From Phoronis australis (Eukaryota > Animalia > Phoronida): 64,000 bases of DNA. The stretch is taken from assembly GCA_002633005.1 (NCBI GenBank), contig NMRA01000577.1:186001-250000 (forward strand), read 5' to 3'. Below the pieces are notes generated by a model that was not told where the DNA came from, ran no database searches, and saw only the letters and a list, made by a program, of their open reading frames with translations. Shown one piece after another: positions 27,301 through 40,600 of the stretch. The stretch's first letter is position 1; each line of letters begins with the position of its first letter. Both the position numbers and the translations under genes were made by a program.

Positions 27301-28455
27301 AGAGTCATTGGACTTCTTTTTAACGAGACTAAGCTTATCTTTTGGCTTTTGATTGTTACTTGTTTTGGAAATTTAAAATACTATTTCCAAAACAATAAAA
27401 ATTGGATTTGAACGTATAACACTCTACACTAGTTATCTTGGTAAAGTTCACTTAACGGTAAGACAATCTTTAAATAGTAGTAAAAATGAACTCGGCATTT
27501 AGTTAGGAAAACTATTTATTTACCAGTAATCTTTGCTATGTTATTTTCTACTGTTGTTATACAACTATGATCTGATGGCATGGTCTACAGTTCTGTGGTG
27601 TGACTTTATTACGGTCAGCAAAACTTGATGCGCGCGCATCCAAGAGCATAGATTCGTAGGATCAGGTACTTGTCCAATCCATTGTTCAGAAAATATCCAG
27701 GGTGCGATTGTCTGATCGGTAAAATAGCTGTGGATTGTGAATAGATGCTACATAGCATCTGAGATAATCTGAACTTCTGGCTGTTTGAAATACGTGTGGG
27801 CGGCGCACCATAGGGGGTTGGGGGGGAGGGCTATAACCTCCCACTTATTTCACTGCTGCGCCACCCATAAAACATGTATTAGTTACCATGATTTCTGCAG
27901 AAGCGTTGTCTACTTCTATTGGCGAAACTGACGTGGAAGTACATTGTTGTCATATTTTACATATAAATTATTGAATTCAAAAGTACTACATGACGAAAAG
28001 AATACGCCAAAGTGGAAAATTCATTTTAGCAGACTTCTTCATTTTAGTATGCTGGTAGCAATCATGAGTCCTCACAAAGTTATAGCGAATATCTGGTCAA
28101 GCTTCATTGGGTAATATTTGAGATATGACGGATGGGCGAACTCGGCTCGGTCCCTCAATGCTTTTTTGGCCTAATCCTGTTGTCTGCAATGCAATTTACC
28201 CGTTTCGTTGTTTTATGAATCACTGAGGTTGTCTGACTGGAACGCACGCCACATACAATTCTTCAATATTTTTCAGTAAAAATGTAACCTTGCTTGTCGT
28301 TCAGTTACGTTTGTATTGGTTTTAATTAAAACGCAAATAATCCTCGATAGAAAACATAAGTGGCACACGTTTGGAGAACCAAAGACGTTTTCTAACTTTT
28401 CGTTAGACTCCATGATGCCTTTTACTTAACATTCTAAACTTGTATGTGCGCGTTC
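24338..28455. other. 1.75-kb direct duplication flanking the N-gap 26087-26700 (24338-26086 versus 26701-28455), probably uncollapsed haplotypes
   Basis: The second copy starts exactly at the gap end and the first ends exactly at the gap start; copies differ by substitutions and small indels. Confidence 0.9.
25433..25500. mobile_element. Minimal MITE of about 68 bp (allelic copy at about 27795-27869)
   Basis: TIR ATGGGCGGCGCA / TGAGCCGCCCAT with a G-run/C-run interior. Confidence 0.5.
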
Positions 28456-30260
28456 CCTTACAGTCATTCAAAAGACCCAGTGGCTACAGTTTTGACTGGG
28501 GTGCAGCCCAATCGACAATGAACCAATCTTTACTTTTTCACTCCTGAAATGTAGCCTTCTAGATTTTTTTCTGACTCACGACGGTCCAACTTGCTCAAAA
28601 TATTATTGCAGTCATTGTTGCTAAACCGGCTTCAGATTGATTTTTTCACGAAATCGTGACCAGAACTTGCTTTCATCTAGGAATCCCATTTCATATTGTT
28701 CACAAAGCTGATACAGTTGCTAAGCGACATAAGCACGTGATCCTCAACAACAAGCTAACTCTAGCTGAGAGTCACAAAGACTAAGGCCGGCTCTGAATTT
28801 TTCCTGATCTGACTTCTTGTAAACGTCGTACACCTACAGCAACAAAACATGAATGTAGTTGTTAAGTTTCCATCGCTGTATCAGCCATTGATAGTTCGCA
28901 TTTCGCGCACAATATGACTGTTCCCACTACCCGAAAACTCAAACTTAAAGGAAGGTGACGCGTGCATCACTTTCCGTCACAACTCAGTTCAATGTCATTT
29001 TACATTTGTGGCCATATGTCATCGGGAGTTCATAACCATTGGTGAACTGAAATTAGTTCTGGCCGAATACGTTCGAAACGTGATATCTCTGGGTGGTGCT
29101 ATGAAGTTACAGAGAGCAAACACAAACTCATCTAACTACAAATCAAAAAATAAAAACAAGGCCCAATTTGGACACATGGGACACGTGCTTAGGAAATAAA
29201 TTATGTATCATATCAGAAATTCATTTTGAAAAAAATATTGCAATTTGCTTGCGGAGACTGAAATAGGGTCTCAGGCTCGAGAGACATGTAGTGCTTAATT
29301 CTCGCAATATGTAACGGCCGCCAATGGCGCCCTCTGCGCGGGGCACTATACGAAAAATGAACTCTGTTTTTCTCGATAGATTTTTAGTTTGGACTTTAAG
29401 TGAAAGAAGATATTGTTTCACGTATACTGGTTGTAAATTTGTAAGAATTTAGAAAAATAAAAGAAGAAATGACACGTAAATTCACATATTGTATAATATA
29501 ACAACTTTCCTCTAATTTTAGCGATGGCCATTCCCTGATTAACACATCGCTTTAAAACTCTTGCAAATATGTGTATGCTGTGAACACAATGTACTGTCTT
29601 AAAAATATCTCCTTCGAAAATTATTGTTATTACAGAAAAAGTCGTGTTTGATGCTGAATTTACCGAGACGTAATATTGTTGTACGTTATTCAAGACGTTG
29701 CTTACTCCGTATGCGGTTTCAAACGGTTACAGAAATTTTATTCTTTCACATTCAATACAGAAAAAGTAAAAAGCTGGTTCTACGAAACGCATTTGAATTT
29801 CTTCCAAGTCTTTAAAGATAACTATGTACATGTAAGCACCGAGATAAATTAATTCCAACAGTTTAAACGGAATTGTTAACATGTCGACAATTACATGGAA
29901 TTTATGTGGAAAACTACTCAGATAAAACCCAATAGATCTACCTTACTGATGCCAAAATAAAGAAAATTAAACAAAAAAACATAAGACAGAGTAAAAGGTC
30001 AGGGAATTTCCGTTCTATTTTGAACTGAGAGGCCCGGTATTAATTGGGCGGAGTCCTCTGGGTTTGCAGTTACAAATTCACGCATTCGGTAAGCACTTCT
30101 ATTGAAATCGCCGGATTTGGCATGTGCATTGTACTGTAACGTGCCCAAATTGACTGTTGCACGATTTTTAAACATGAAGAGGCGTATCATACAAATACAG
30201 CAGAAAAACAGGCAAAAAGGTTTTGTTTTGTTTTATAAGTGAAATTTAAGTGCATTACAT

Positions 30261-30559
30261 TGTAAGGGGGTGGAAACGATCCCAAAGTGATCCTCTGGAG
30301 TGGAATTTGGCCACCGGGTATGGAGTATTTTCGGCGTGTGTGTGGCGTTTAGGGCGCGGCTATGGTTGTCTACTTGAGACTGGAGTGCCAAGGATTGAAG
30401 CTAGAATTGTTTCCAACCCCGATTCTCTGGCGTAGCCATCTGGATGAGGACATCTCGTGAATAAACAAGACGAAAGGCAGAGCTTTTTGCTGGATTTTGT
30501 ACAAATCTCTTCTCAATTAAACCCATCGACATTATCAAGCCTGCCCAGTTTTTGTTACA
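30261..30559 (+). mobile_element. Possible solo LTR
   Basis: TGTAA...TTACA ends, 299 bp, G-rich 5' part and AATAAA near 30459; no matching TSD. Confidence 0.35.
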
Positions 30560-32087
30560 TTTTTAGGTATAGCACGTGACTTCAGACTGAATACAATCAG
30601 GCATACAAATTGTAACTAGCTTCATGGACTGTTCTTGCAACTTTGCAGCAAAAAAAATGAAACGCAGGTGCTTTGTCCGGGATTGCCATTGGGGGAATTT
30701 ATTTAACCATGTCGTTTAGGTAAACATGGGCTTAACAAGGTGCAGCCGATGCGATATGTCACTAACATTTTTGCGTGTGTTCCCTGCATTTATGCGCTGG
30801 TTTTCATTTGTTAGTCTGTTGCAGTAGCGCTACTCACGCATGCCGTCGCAAGTCGAACCATCTTGCAAGCCTGGGGGTCGTTTTCACACCTGCCCCGAGA
30901 AATCGGGGTATTATGAGAGATTCTCACCTCTTTGAGAAGCTATAAAACTGTTGGTGCTAGTTTGGAGCTCTTCGGAGCTTCGGGATACTAGCGACGCTTG
31001 AAGTCGTAATTCGCTTACTGTCATTCCACGGCGGAACTGCCTGCCTCCCAGGCCAAGAACTGTCTATTATCTCGACACACAAGGAGTGGGTGTAGTTTCA
31101 CGTGCGCTCCTGTTAAGTCTGCAAATTTTGTGTCCATTAAAAATTACCACTCGTAACCAAACAAAAAACAACGTGTACGTGAATTTTAGTTTTGGACTAT
31201 TTTTTCAAGCGCGTGTTTATTGTTAACAAAATGTACTATAAAATTGCGAATATTTCGATGCTCTATTGAATAATCGTAATAGGCGAATTGAAATTACGGT
31301 GAGCACTTTCACTTTTAAGTATTTCTTAATGAGCAGTTGGGCTTTTTGTAACAATGAATAAACTAAAATTAAATAAAATCAGACAAGCGGTAATTAATTT
31401 ATGGTCCAACGAATAGAATGCCGGAAGAATCTCTTGAAAACTGGTTAGCAATTATCACTGATTCACCGTCCACGTGCGTGAACAAGTGTATTCAACTTGA
31501 AGAAACCATTCACCTGAATTTATTAATATTTTTTTCAACATGAAATGTTCAAATTCGCAGCACTCACTCTCGCCGGTACTGCATAATGTATGTTGCAAAC
31601 TCCTTAGTTTCAGTTACGAGGCGTGCACCAGTGCGAAAACTCGCAGTTGACTAATGTACTCTTTTGAAACACAGCTAAATATCGTTTTAGATAGGATAAT
31701 CCTTGAGTAAGTTCTTTGCGGAGGCGGATATAAGAGGCGGAATGTTGCGAGGACCCCAGCCCCTCCCCGTATACAACCATGTGGTCGTTTTTAGAGTAAT
31801 CGCGAACGTTTGTCTTTTAGAACTTGCGGTTAATCCCTTGTGATAACCTAGATCCGCCTGATGTTCAAGTGAATTCGTACGTCGACATTTTTCTGCCAGT
31901 CACACAAACAACGCAGGTGAACTTAAGTTGCGGGGGCGAGGTGGCCGCCCCTCTATCTCTGGGCACGACCAAAAAACGTGTCGTTTCAATGGCACCACTA
32001 CATTTGCGACATCAAAGTCCAACCGATTAACAAAAGTTAACACAACCTTTCCCCAAATTTTACGCGGCGCGGATTAATAGAGAACAA

Positions 32088-32346
32088 GGTCTATAACTTA
32101 AGACTTTTAAGTCTTAAGTTTCTTAAAAAAGAAATTTTGTCTCCCATTTCGCAATTCTTGAATTAAGGTTCAGCCAAGTAATTATGACCCCATAACAGTC
32201 TAGACATAATTTGTAGAAATTCTCCCACTAACTAGCAATTATGAGCATATCTCAGGGACTTTCCACCTTCACTTTATTAAGACTTGGTTAGTTGCCAGAA
32301 ATAGTTGCTTGGAGCGCAAAACCAAATTTTTTACTTTAGTCTTAAA
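32088..32346. mobile_element. Diverged copy of the 36622-36924 repeat family
   Basis: Shared collinear blocks with 36655-36900. Confidence 0.5.
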
Positions 32347-34971
32347 GTCACCGTAAAACCGACCCCCAGACAAATCAAGCATTCGTCGGGTGAAACTCGT
32401 GCTGCGCAAAACTTTACAATTCAGATGAAACCATGAACTGTGGTATGTTGATGATGGTTAACATGTTACTATTGAGCGCAAATCTTCCTATTAGCCGCAG
32501 GTCTTATATATTTTGAGGGTTAAGGTTAGGTTAGGGTTAGACAAATGAGACAACAGAACACATGCGTTTGAGTAAGAGAAAAGTTAAAATTTCCCTGTTT
32601 GGTACAGTTCTGTGCCTTAGTCTATCTACCTTTTGAGTGTTAGAGTTATATTAGCGCTTGGTTAGGCAAATGAGACTTCAAAACACATGCATTTTAGTAG
32701 GAGAAATTTCCCTGTTTGGTACAATCCTCCGCCTTACTCAGTTTACCGCACTTTGACTTGTAATCACGTGCATGATCACCATCCTAGAACATTCAACGAC
32801 AGCGCCATGCGCTTAACCCCAGGCAATACTCGCATCTGTAGCCAAGTTACCTGTCCAGCAGTAGCCTGTGCTAATCTAATGATGACTACCAACTCAATTT
32901 CAAAATTAACGATAAATGACCAGAAGGTAACAATGTTTCACTGTAAGATTTTTAGCCCAATGGTCGTGAGCGTGACGCATAGTCCAACAAGTTTCGCTAC
33001 TCTCTTTTTGTGCGTCACAAGCTAACAAAGAACTCGCTCGTTACGGCAGCGCTCAAACTTAGGCCTACATTCCTGTATGGGCACACGAGAAATGGGGCAC
33101 ATTGCTAGAATCCCGTCCATTGAACTAGGTTACACTTAGACTTACATTGAACGTTCCATGGGTTTTAGCAACTACATTTGAAAGTAAGCTAATGCATTTT
33201 TCCAGCACTTTTATTTTACTACTTTTGCGAGTTCGCACAGAACATGCACCGTTGATTGACAACATGCGGTAGTTAGTCTCAGGCTAGCTGTTGTCACAAC
33301 GTCAGATATCTTATGTTGGTGAGATATTTATAGCTTTCTAACCACGGTAAACTTCATTTCTAATTTTGGTTTATTGGCAAAGAAACATGACAGCATTGTT
33401 TGACCGAAATACCGGTCAGTAAGTTACCCAGTTTGTTTCCACACATTTTACAAAAATATCAATACCCGAGTACCAAACCTGAAATGCCCACCAAGATCAC
33501 GATCACGTGATAACTTTACGAAGATATTGTCGATATTATGTACTGATAATTCCATTGTACGAAAAAATAAAACATCGTGGTAAAATTACATTAGTTTGTC
33601 AACCGTAAAAAATACAGTTATTTTTATATCTATGGCAAGAATGATATGAAACAATTGTCGGTCACATCTCCGTCAAGTCAGTTCTGGATTTTTTTTTGTA
33701 TTCAAAAGATTTTAGCAAAATTAAATTCGAGTGCTTGACTTTTGGGTCGTACTCGATCACTTTTTTCGGTTAAAGTCGATAGGCCTATCACTGATCACTG
33801 AATGCACCAATCTAATACAGGATGACCCAGAAGTAATACCTTCAAGCTTCTTCATTAATTATTTGTAAAGAAATCGTAACCAGATTTAAAAATCATAACT
33901 CCTATGAGTGGATCACGTTTCTACTAAGTTACAGACAATAATGCTGATTCATTATCGTTTTATTGCATGTCTAAAATTTGCTCCTGTTTTGACCGTTTTG
34001 CTGCTGCATCACATAAGCAAGCAGCGAGCAAAGTTTTCGGTTAATCGACACTCGACTATACGACAACACGTTGATTTTGCAGGGATTTTTCACTTCAGTA
34101 CCTCAGTTCTGTTTAGACTATTTGGATAGGCATGGTCTTTAAAAAACTGGACAAATAAAAATCAAATCGGATCAAGTACAATGGCTCCACATCTGTGTCG
34201 AATTTTTTCAAAACCATGTAGCCACGCATTTTCACTTTATTCGGCTAACAGTTTGTTGAAAACTAGAACGGGAGTACGCTATGGTAGTTGAAGCTGTTCA
34301 TTGGTCAACAGATGCCGCTGGTGTAAAAGGGCGTATTGCCAAATGTCCAACCTGCGTGAACTTAACGGAACATCCCGAGCATGGCATTGCCGGAATAAGA
34401 GGTCCGTTCGATGGGATTTAAAATTAGTACCTCGGCCCATTTCACGACAGCTTGAACTTCGGCGATAACGCTGTGCAAGAGCCGCTGTCAACAAGAGGCA
34501 AATCTGATCTTTTGTGTAAATAATTAGAGCAATTGACGCATTATAGAGATGTCTTAACGAGAACAAATCAGTGTCTGAAATAAATCGATATAGCGTGTAC
34601 TTCGAACTCTTTGTCTTTTGAAATAGAATTTATCGTCACAAGTTAAGTTAAGACCATTTTTACCCGAAGAAATACGACAAAAATTAGCAAAAAATAGGTG
34701 CATTAGGTTTTCGTTCTCCGTTGATGAATGGCTTTTAGTTACTATAAACTGTTGTTGAGGGGCCTGAGTGGCCAGTGGCATGAAATAGTCCCCTATTAAG
34801 AACTCAACTATAGGTTCCCTAAATGTTTTGCGTATTTATGTCCTTCATAACTCACATATGTAAAGTTTTTATCAGATTTACCATGGTTACGAGGTCCTCT
34901 TTGACCACATTTTCTAATAATACAACTAAAAACTGAGCCCGTAGTTCAATAGTTCAATCAAAACAACAAGA

Positions 34972-35237
34972 CATGCGCGCATCCAGCCTGGGGGGCTCGA
35001 ATTCTTGCCGTTGTGGACCTTTTGGTAACAAAAAGGCGGGCGGACTAAAAAAAAAAAAAAAAAAAAAAAAACGGGGCACCACTGTGAATTGCGCTTTTAT
35101 NACCACTGTGAATTGCGCTTTTATGCTGGTTTAGGCAACTTTTGTCTCATTTTTTAGGACTTTTTGTTTCTCAGAGACCTTTTTGCCCACTTCGCCAAAT
35201 GGGGTTCTCGTTCGAGCTCCCCCTGGGTGCGTGCATG
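34972..35237. mobile_element. MITE with a central poly-A tract
   Basis: TIR CATGCGCGCATCCAG / CTGGGTGCGTGCATG and GGACCTTTT motifs; same family as 59028-59248; no TSD found. Confidence 0.7.
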
Positions 35238-35430
35238 AATTAGGGACGTTGCATGAAAAGATCCCTACTTATTTTCAATAATACTGAGAATTGGACGTAG
35301 AGTACCCTCTCGATTTGTATCAAAGTCAAAAATTGGCCTAGTGATGATACGCAAACAGTAGAAGAAAGGACAAACACACAAGCCCACAAATACACAGAAG
35401 ATTTAGGGAACTTGGTCGAGTCCCTATTTG

Positions 35431-35586
35431 CAGTGCTGTAGTGGGACGTAGGCGCACGGAGGCGCAGCCAACCACCTTTTAGCCTTTGAACGTAGCGCCT
35501 ACGCACCGTAAGTTACGTTCATTGTTCAAGGTGATGCAGTGGGCTTTGGGCGCCTCCTTACCTCTGATTTTACCACTACAGCACTG
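35431..35586. mobile_element. hAT-type MITE, 156 bp, intact
   Basis: Perfect 14-bp TIR CAGTGCTGTAGTGG / CCACTACAGCACTG and perfect 8-bp TSD CCTATTTG. Confidence 0.92.
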
Positions 35587-35845
35587 CCTATTTGAGAGTG
35601 CTTCATGCAACCGGGCACTGGCTGCCAGTCGTCTTGCCGATGAAGAAACCCCGTTGGGCGTTTTGGTTTTTATCCATTGTCAAAACAGCTGGTTTGATGA
35701 CACTCGCTTTACGCAGGCTACAATCAAGGTCACGTACAAGTTGTACATTTTTTTGATTTTTACATATAGACCAGGTTTTCCTATTGTGTTCTTGCAGCCA
35801 ATCACCTTACGCTAATTTTTTCACTTCTGTTTTTTATCTTATAAG

Positions 35846-35851
35846 TTTATT
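35846..35851 (-). promoter_or_regulatory. Candidate polyadenylation signal (AATAAA) of the KIF20B-like gene, implying a 3' UTR of about 1.7 kb
   Basis: tttatt on the + strand downstream of the stop; an ATTAAA variant lies at about 36385-36390. The site actually used is unknown. Confidence 0.4.
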
Positions 35852-36621
35852 GTTGTCCCTATATTGTTTTACATATATGCGCATATGCCCTCATCCAAAT
35901 GGCGATGGTAGTGTGAAAGGCTAAGCCTGTCATTGGAAGGACGGTTTTACATCAGTTGATATCAGTCTTGGTACAGTACAGCGAAAATTGATGTAGCAAA
36001 AGTAAAAATGACTGACTAGACACAGGGCAACTGATACATCTATCTGCTACAGAAGATGACAGGCATGAAAAGGATGCAGAATGCCAGTAATCCCAATGTA
36101 AAGTAGATGCAAGACATGCATGACACAGACAGGCTCCAAGATTGCATATCTTGACTGCAGCAGTGCACAAATAAAAACACCAGGTGGAGCTAAACACCAC
36201 TTTGTTACCATCTATACACACATACATATTTATATATACAGTGCAGTACCTTGTCTATAGTAACACCAGGCAGTTTCACATACATTCTTATACACCTCAA
36301 CCAAGACGAGATATATTTATATATACCCTAATCCGTACATCAAGATGTTGCACACAATAAGAATTGTTTGAGGCAGCAATGGCCTTTAATAATAGGAATG
36401 CACAGTACTTTTCAATAACATTTTGACAAAATCTCTTTCATGGGCCAGTGGTCCTGCCCATTTTTCACCACAGGACGAAAATTCGTTGACTTTTTGATAA
36501 CTACTGTAAACATATGGCATTGAAACCAAGACAAACAGTTGGTAGAAACAGCTGCCTGAATAATGTATACATGACGATCAAATCAGCAGCGACCAACTGA
36601 AAACAGTAAGATGACATCACA

Positions 36622-36924
36622 GTGACCTATTTTCATTAGACCAGCGGTCACTTTAGGACTTTAGACTTAAGGACAGAAATTTCGTCTCGCGATCCCACTT
36701 CACCAGTGTTGAAAGAAGGTTTAACCGAGTATTTAGGAACGCATCAGTCTAGAATAAATTTATAGAAATTCTCTCTGTAACTACCATAGCAGTTATTCGT
36801 GTATTCGCACAGAATTTGGATTTTTGCACAATTGAGATTTAGTTATTTTCCGAAATAAATTTGCAGAGCGTAAGACCAAATTTCCAATTTAAGACTTAAG
36901 ACCCTATCCATGAAATAGACCCTA
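36622..36924. mobile_element. MITE-like repeat in the presumed 3' UTR of the KIF20B-like gene
   Basis: Collinear similarity to 32088-32346 (CAGTCTAGA.TAA.TT.TAGAAATTCTC, GAGCG.AA.ACCAAATTT) with TAAGACTTAAG end motifs. Confidence 0.55.
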
Positions 36925-37531
36925 CGACAAAGCGCCTAGGGCAAAGCGGATGTAGACACTATTAACATGATCTTGTGAGTTTAACATTTGCAAGCACTCT
37001 TCATTTTCCTGAGCTCTTCCGATTAACTACATAAATGACCAAACTTTACAATGACGAAGACAGAAATGTTGATCTTTGACCAGCTACAAGGACAGACTGG
37101 TGAAATTTAAATGAAGGGTGGAAGAAAAATCAAGTTCAACATTAGTAGCGAAACTGACATCTGGAGATTATAGTACAGTCTTCAGCTTATGATGCGGTGG
37201 GCATACTTACAACACAAGGAAATGAATAACACTTTTACCTTAACACATGAGATGAGCAGCAGCTGCCAAACTTTCATACTAAAATTACCCACTCTTCTCA
37301 TGATTTCTGTTAATTTCGACAAAACGAGACACTGACAAGATAACCTCGTTTACTTAAATGACTACATGACGGGTTCTTTATCATTGTGAGACATGTCACT
37401 AACGACCCCTCTTGGCCGATTCTACATCCGCTAATTCCTACTCAGAATCCACATCACTAACTCCACCTGTTGTCGTCGGTTTGTTCACGCTCCAATTTCT
37501 CCTCGTGAAGTCGTGTCACTGTCAGCCGGAT

Positions 37532-37612
37532 TTACTTCTTCCTACTTCGTGTCAAACGACGAGTTACTATACTGTGGACGTTCTCTGACTCGGGCTCAGC
37601 TGGACCAAGATC
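37532..37612 (-). CDS. KIF20B: KIF20B-like last coding exon (DLGPAEPESENVHSIVTRRLTRSRKK*)
   Basis: tttttgcag|GAT ... AAG TAA; resembles the KIF20B C-terminal HxIxxRRL motif. Confidence 0.88.
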   Translation of the reverse strand, partial: DLGPAEPESENVHSIVTRRLTRSRKK

Positions 37613-40600
37613 CTGCAAAAAGAGAATGCATGCCAAAGATATATTCAATGGAAAAATGTCACTTGACTGAAGCTTCACCCACTGCATGACCAAACTGACA
37701 CAGCCCACAATTGGTCAGTTTTAAGAAAATAGGTCAAGGTTCATGACCCCCTGGTATAAATCACTTCTTTTAAAAGACACGTATAACATGGTTCAACTTA
37801 CGCAGCAAATAAGAACAAGTGAAGATGGAATCAATTTGGAAAAACAATCATAGTGCAAGTTTGGGGAGTCTTCTGGGAACGTAAGCCAGCAATTCACACC
37901 TGAGAATCAGTCAACAATTGGTGTATTGTTGAGCAATGCGGGATAGTGTAGACTTGAGTCCCGATAACAAATCTGTGGTTGATTACTTGAAATGGTTCCA
38001 ACAGGGACTCAGTTATGTTCCGTAAATTTTGTGCACATTTGTGGACTTGTGCAAACAGTGCCTATCTTCTATTGTGTTATTCTATCTTTATTCCTTAATA
38101 TAAGTTGGAAGCAATCTTTCTGTCAAACAAGACTCACTGAACACACGGCTTGACTATTTTGATCCAGTTTGCATTGCTTATTATTTCATGCAAAACTTGC
38201 ATTATAATTAGGGTTCATGATCCATAGTTTGTCCATCTACTACATAGACTTCGTACCGCCCAGTGGTCAGAACATATGACGAGGAAACACTCAAAATGTA
38301 AATAAGTCCATAGACTGAAGTTTAAATTGGTCAGTCAATCCAGAACTGTGCACTAGGGCCTGTAAACCGATAGACTCCATGAGCAAAGAAACCCGCAATA
38401 TTCAAGCACCACCCAACACTGTTTTCACCAGTTACTCGCTACATTAGAGCAATTTCCATGTTAATGTCCAGTCCCCGTGGAACTCAGTGCATAAATCGCG
38501 GTGTTTAGAGGGCAGTAATGAAATGCTTAAGTTGTTTACTTGTAGAGCAAAGATCAGGGGAGCAAAACGATGTGACGCTGATGTCAAAGTCTGCTGCACG
38601 TCGATTTAACCAGAAATCAACAAGGTTCTACGATATATAATTGCCTTCCTATTCAAAAGTTGGGCAGAAACCTGCGACTTAGTTGTCCATAGTTTTTGGA
38701 GACACCACCTTGCCCACCAACACATTCAATCATTCAAACATTGTTTCATCAATTGGAAAAATACTGCCCACACCACAATAAGAGTGCATAGCAGGCTAAA
38801 TGACGTACTTGTCAACTTATGACGCCTAATTAGCAATTAGCATAAATGAGCATTGAGAAAATAGAACATGCTAATGAAAGGTAAATGTTCAACGTTCTTA
38901 AAGTCTCATCACAACATCCCCATGCATTGTGCCACGGCATGCCTCACCGTTATGTAGAACCCTGCTACAAAATGGCCAAATTAGGAACATATCTCAGAAA
39001 TGACTCATCAGACTCATTTGAAACTTTCAGATAATATGCTTTATACAAAGTTCTAAAAAAACTAATAGGAGTTGTTTTTAAAATGTTCCACTTTTACATG
39101 AGGGGCTATCAAAAATAGGACTTACATGAAAAATCTTCAAAGTTGCATAAAATGAAAACGAAATGATACCTTAGAAAGCTGTAACAGCGTTTTTGACGCC
39201 TCACCTTGAACATTTGTATCGAAAAAAACTTAATCATATTTTTCATACCGTCGTTTTACTATGCACGTAACCTTCTTTTTCGCTAAGTTTTACTAAAAAG
39301 ACATGGTCACATGACTTGAGTTAGGCCACCAACTGTTCCAGTCTCATCTTATTCCTATCACAGATTACAGGTGATTTCCAGGCTTAGAACAACTGACAGG
39401 ATGTTATCGCTTCAGACCAGACCCATTGATCTGCTCAGTAAACAAGGACACACAAGGTTCGAAATACCAAGCAATGAGTAAAAAAACTAATCCCACATCA
39501 ATTTTTGCTTTTCTCTGGTGGATTTTCTTTTTTAGAAAGTGAGCAACCAAAAACACCACAACACTGACTGAATACGTTTTTTGGCCTAAGGTGCAGTTAT
39601 AAGAAATTTTTTAGAACTTTGTTCCATGAGACTATACTTCGAATACAACTTACAAAAGGTGGAGGGACAGTTAGCAAGACTGGGGCGTCCTTGTTGAGGA
39701 GTCGTTTCTTTTTCCCAGTGGTAGGGGGCGCCACCTGCGCATCGCTCTTGGACGGGGACAGGGGTGAGCGGGGAGGGCTCTTGACAGAATCCATCAATTT
39801 TTTGGCTGACTTGCCGAGCGGAGAGTTATGCATCATCTCGCCCAGCTTGGACAATGTCCTCTTACTGGACCGTGCAAAGGATGTGCGAGAGAAGCTGTCA
39901 TTGGACGTCTGAAAAGGAAACAGATTAGGCATAAGATAGATGTCAGCGAGGAATGGGAATGAAATGTGCAACAACTGATTGGCAATTCCGACACGAAGTT
40001 AAGCCAAGTTGAATACTGTAGCAATTCCCAAGCAAAGTTCAGGAATTTTTGGCATGGAACCTATGGTAAAATCTCCCCAGTTTAGGATAAAATACGGTGA
40101 AAAGGTGAACCTTTACATTACTCTCGCGTATTAACAAATATATTCAAAGTAACGCTTTACTATTTTCAAAACTGTACTAACAGCTGTCTTCAGACAACAT
40201 TTTGAAAATGCGCAGGTGCTCCCAACAATGTTAGAAGCCTCTTAATAGAGAAAGAGTAATTCTGGTAAATATTTTGCTAATAATTGGTAAGACTTTACTA
40301 CAGTTGGGTGTTGAACTTTAACATGCAATGATTATCAGATTGTCACGATGGTTACTACATAAGCAGGGTCTCGCGTGTAAATCCTTTTTACTACAGTGAG
40401 TGATTGCGTGTGTACTCAAGGGGTACTATACAACCAAATACATGACCAAAGACCAGGGAATGACCAATGACAAAAAACGTGGAAACTTTTACGGCCCAAA
40501 TCATGCGCGCTACAATGGTCGATGTGAACCTTTCCCCGACGAAAATCGGGAGGACTAAAAAAAAAAACATTACCACCATCAGTAGCATGCATCTGCGTTC

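Noticed and set aside
34250-34525. Higher-GC coding-like stretch (MVVEAVHW...CPTC...)
   Set aside because: Interrupted by stops, with no recognisable homology.
35078-35124. 23-bp direct repeat around the N at 35101
   Set aside because: Contig-overlap artefact.
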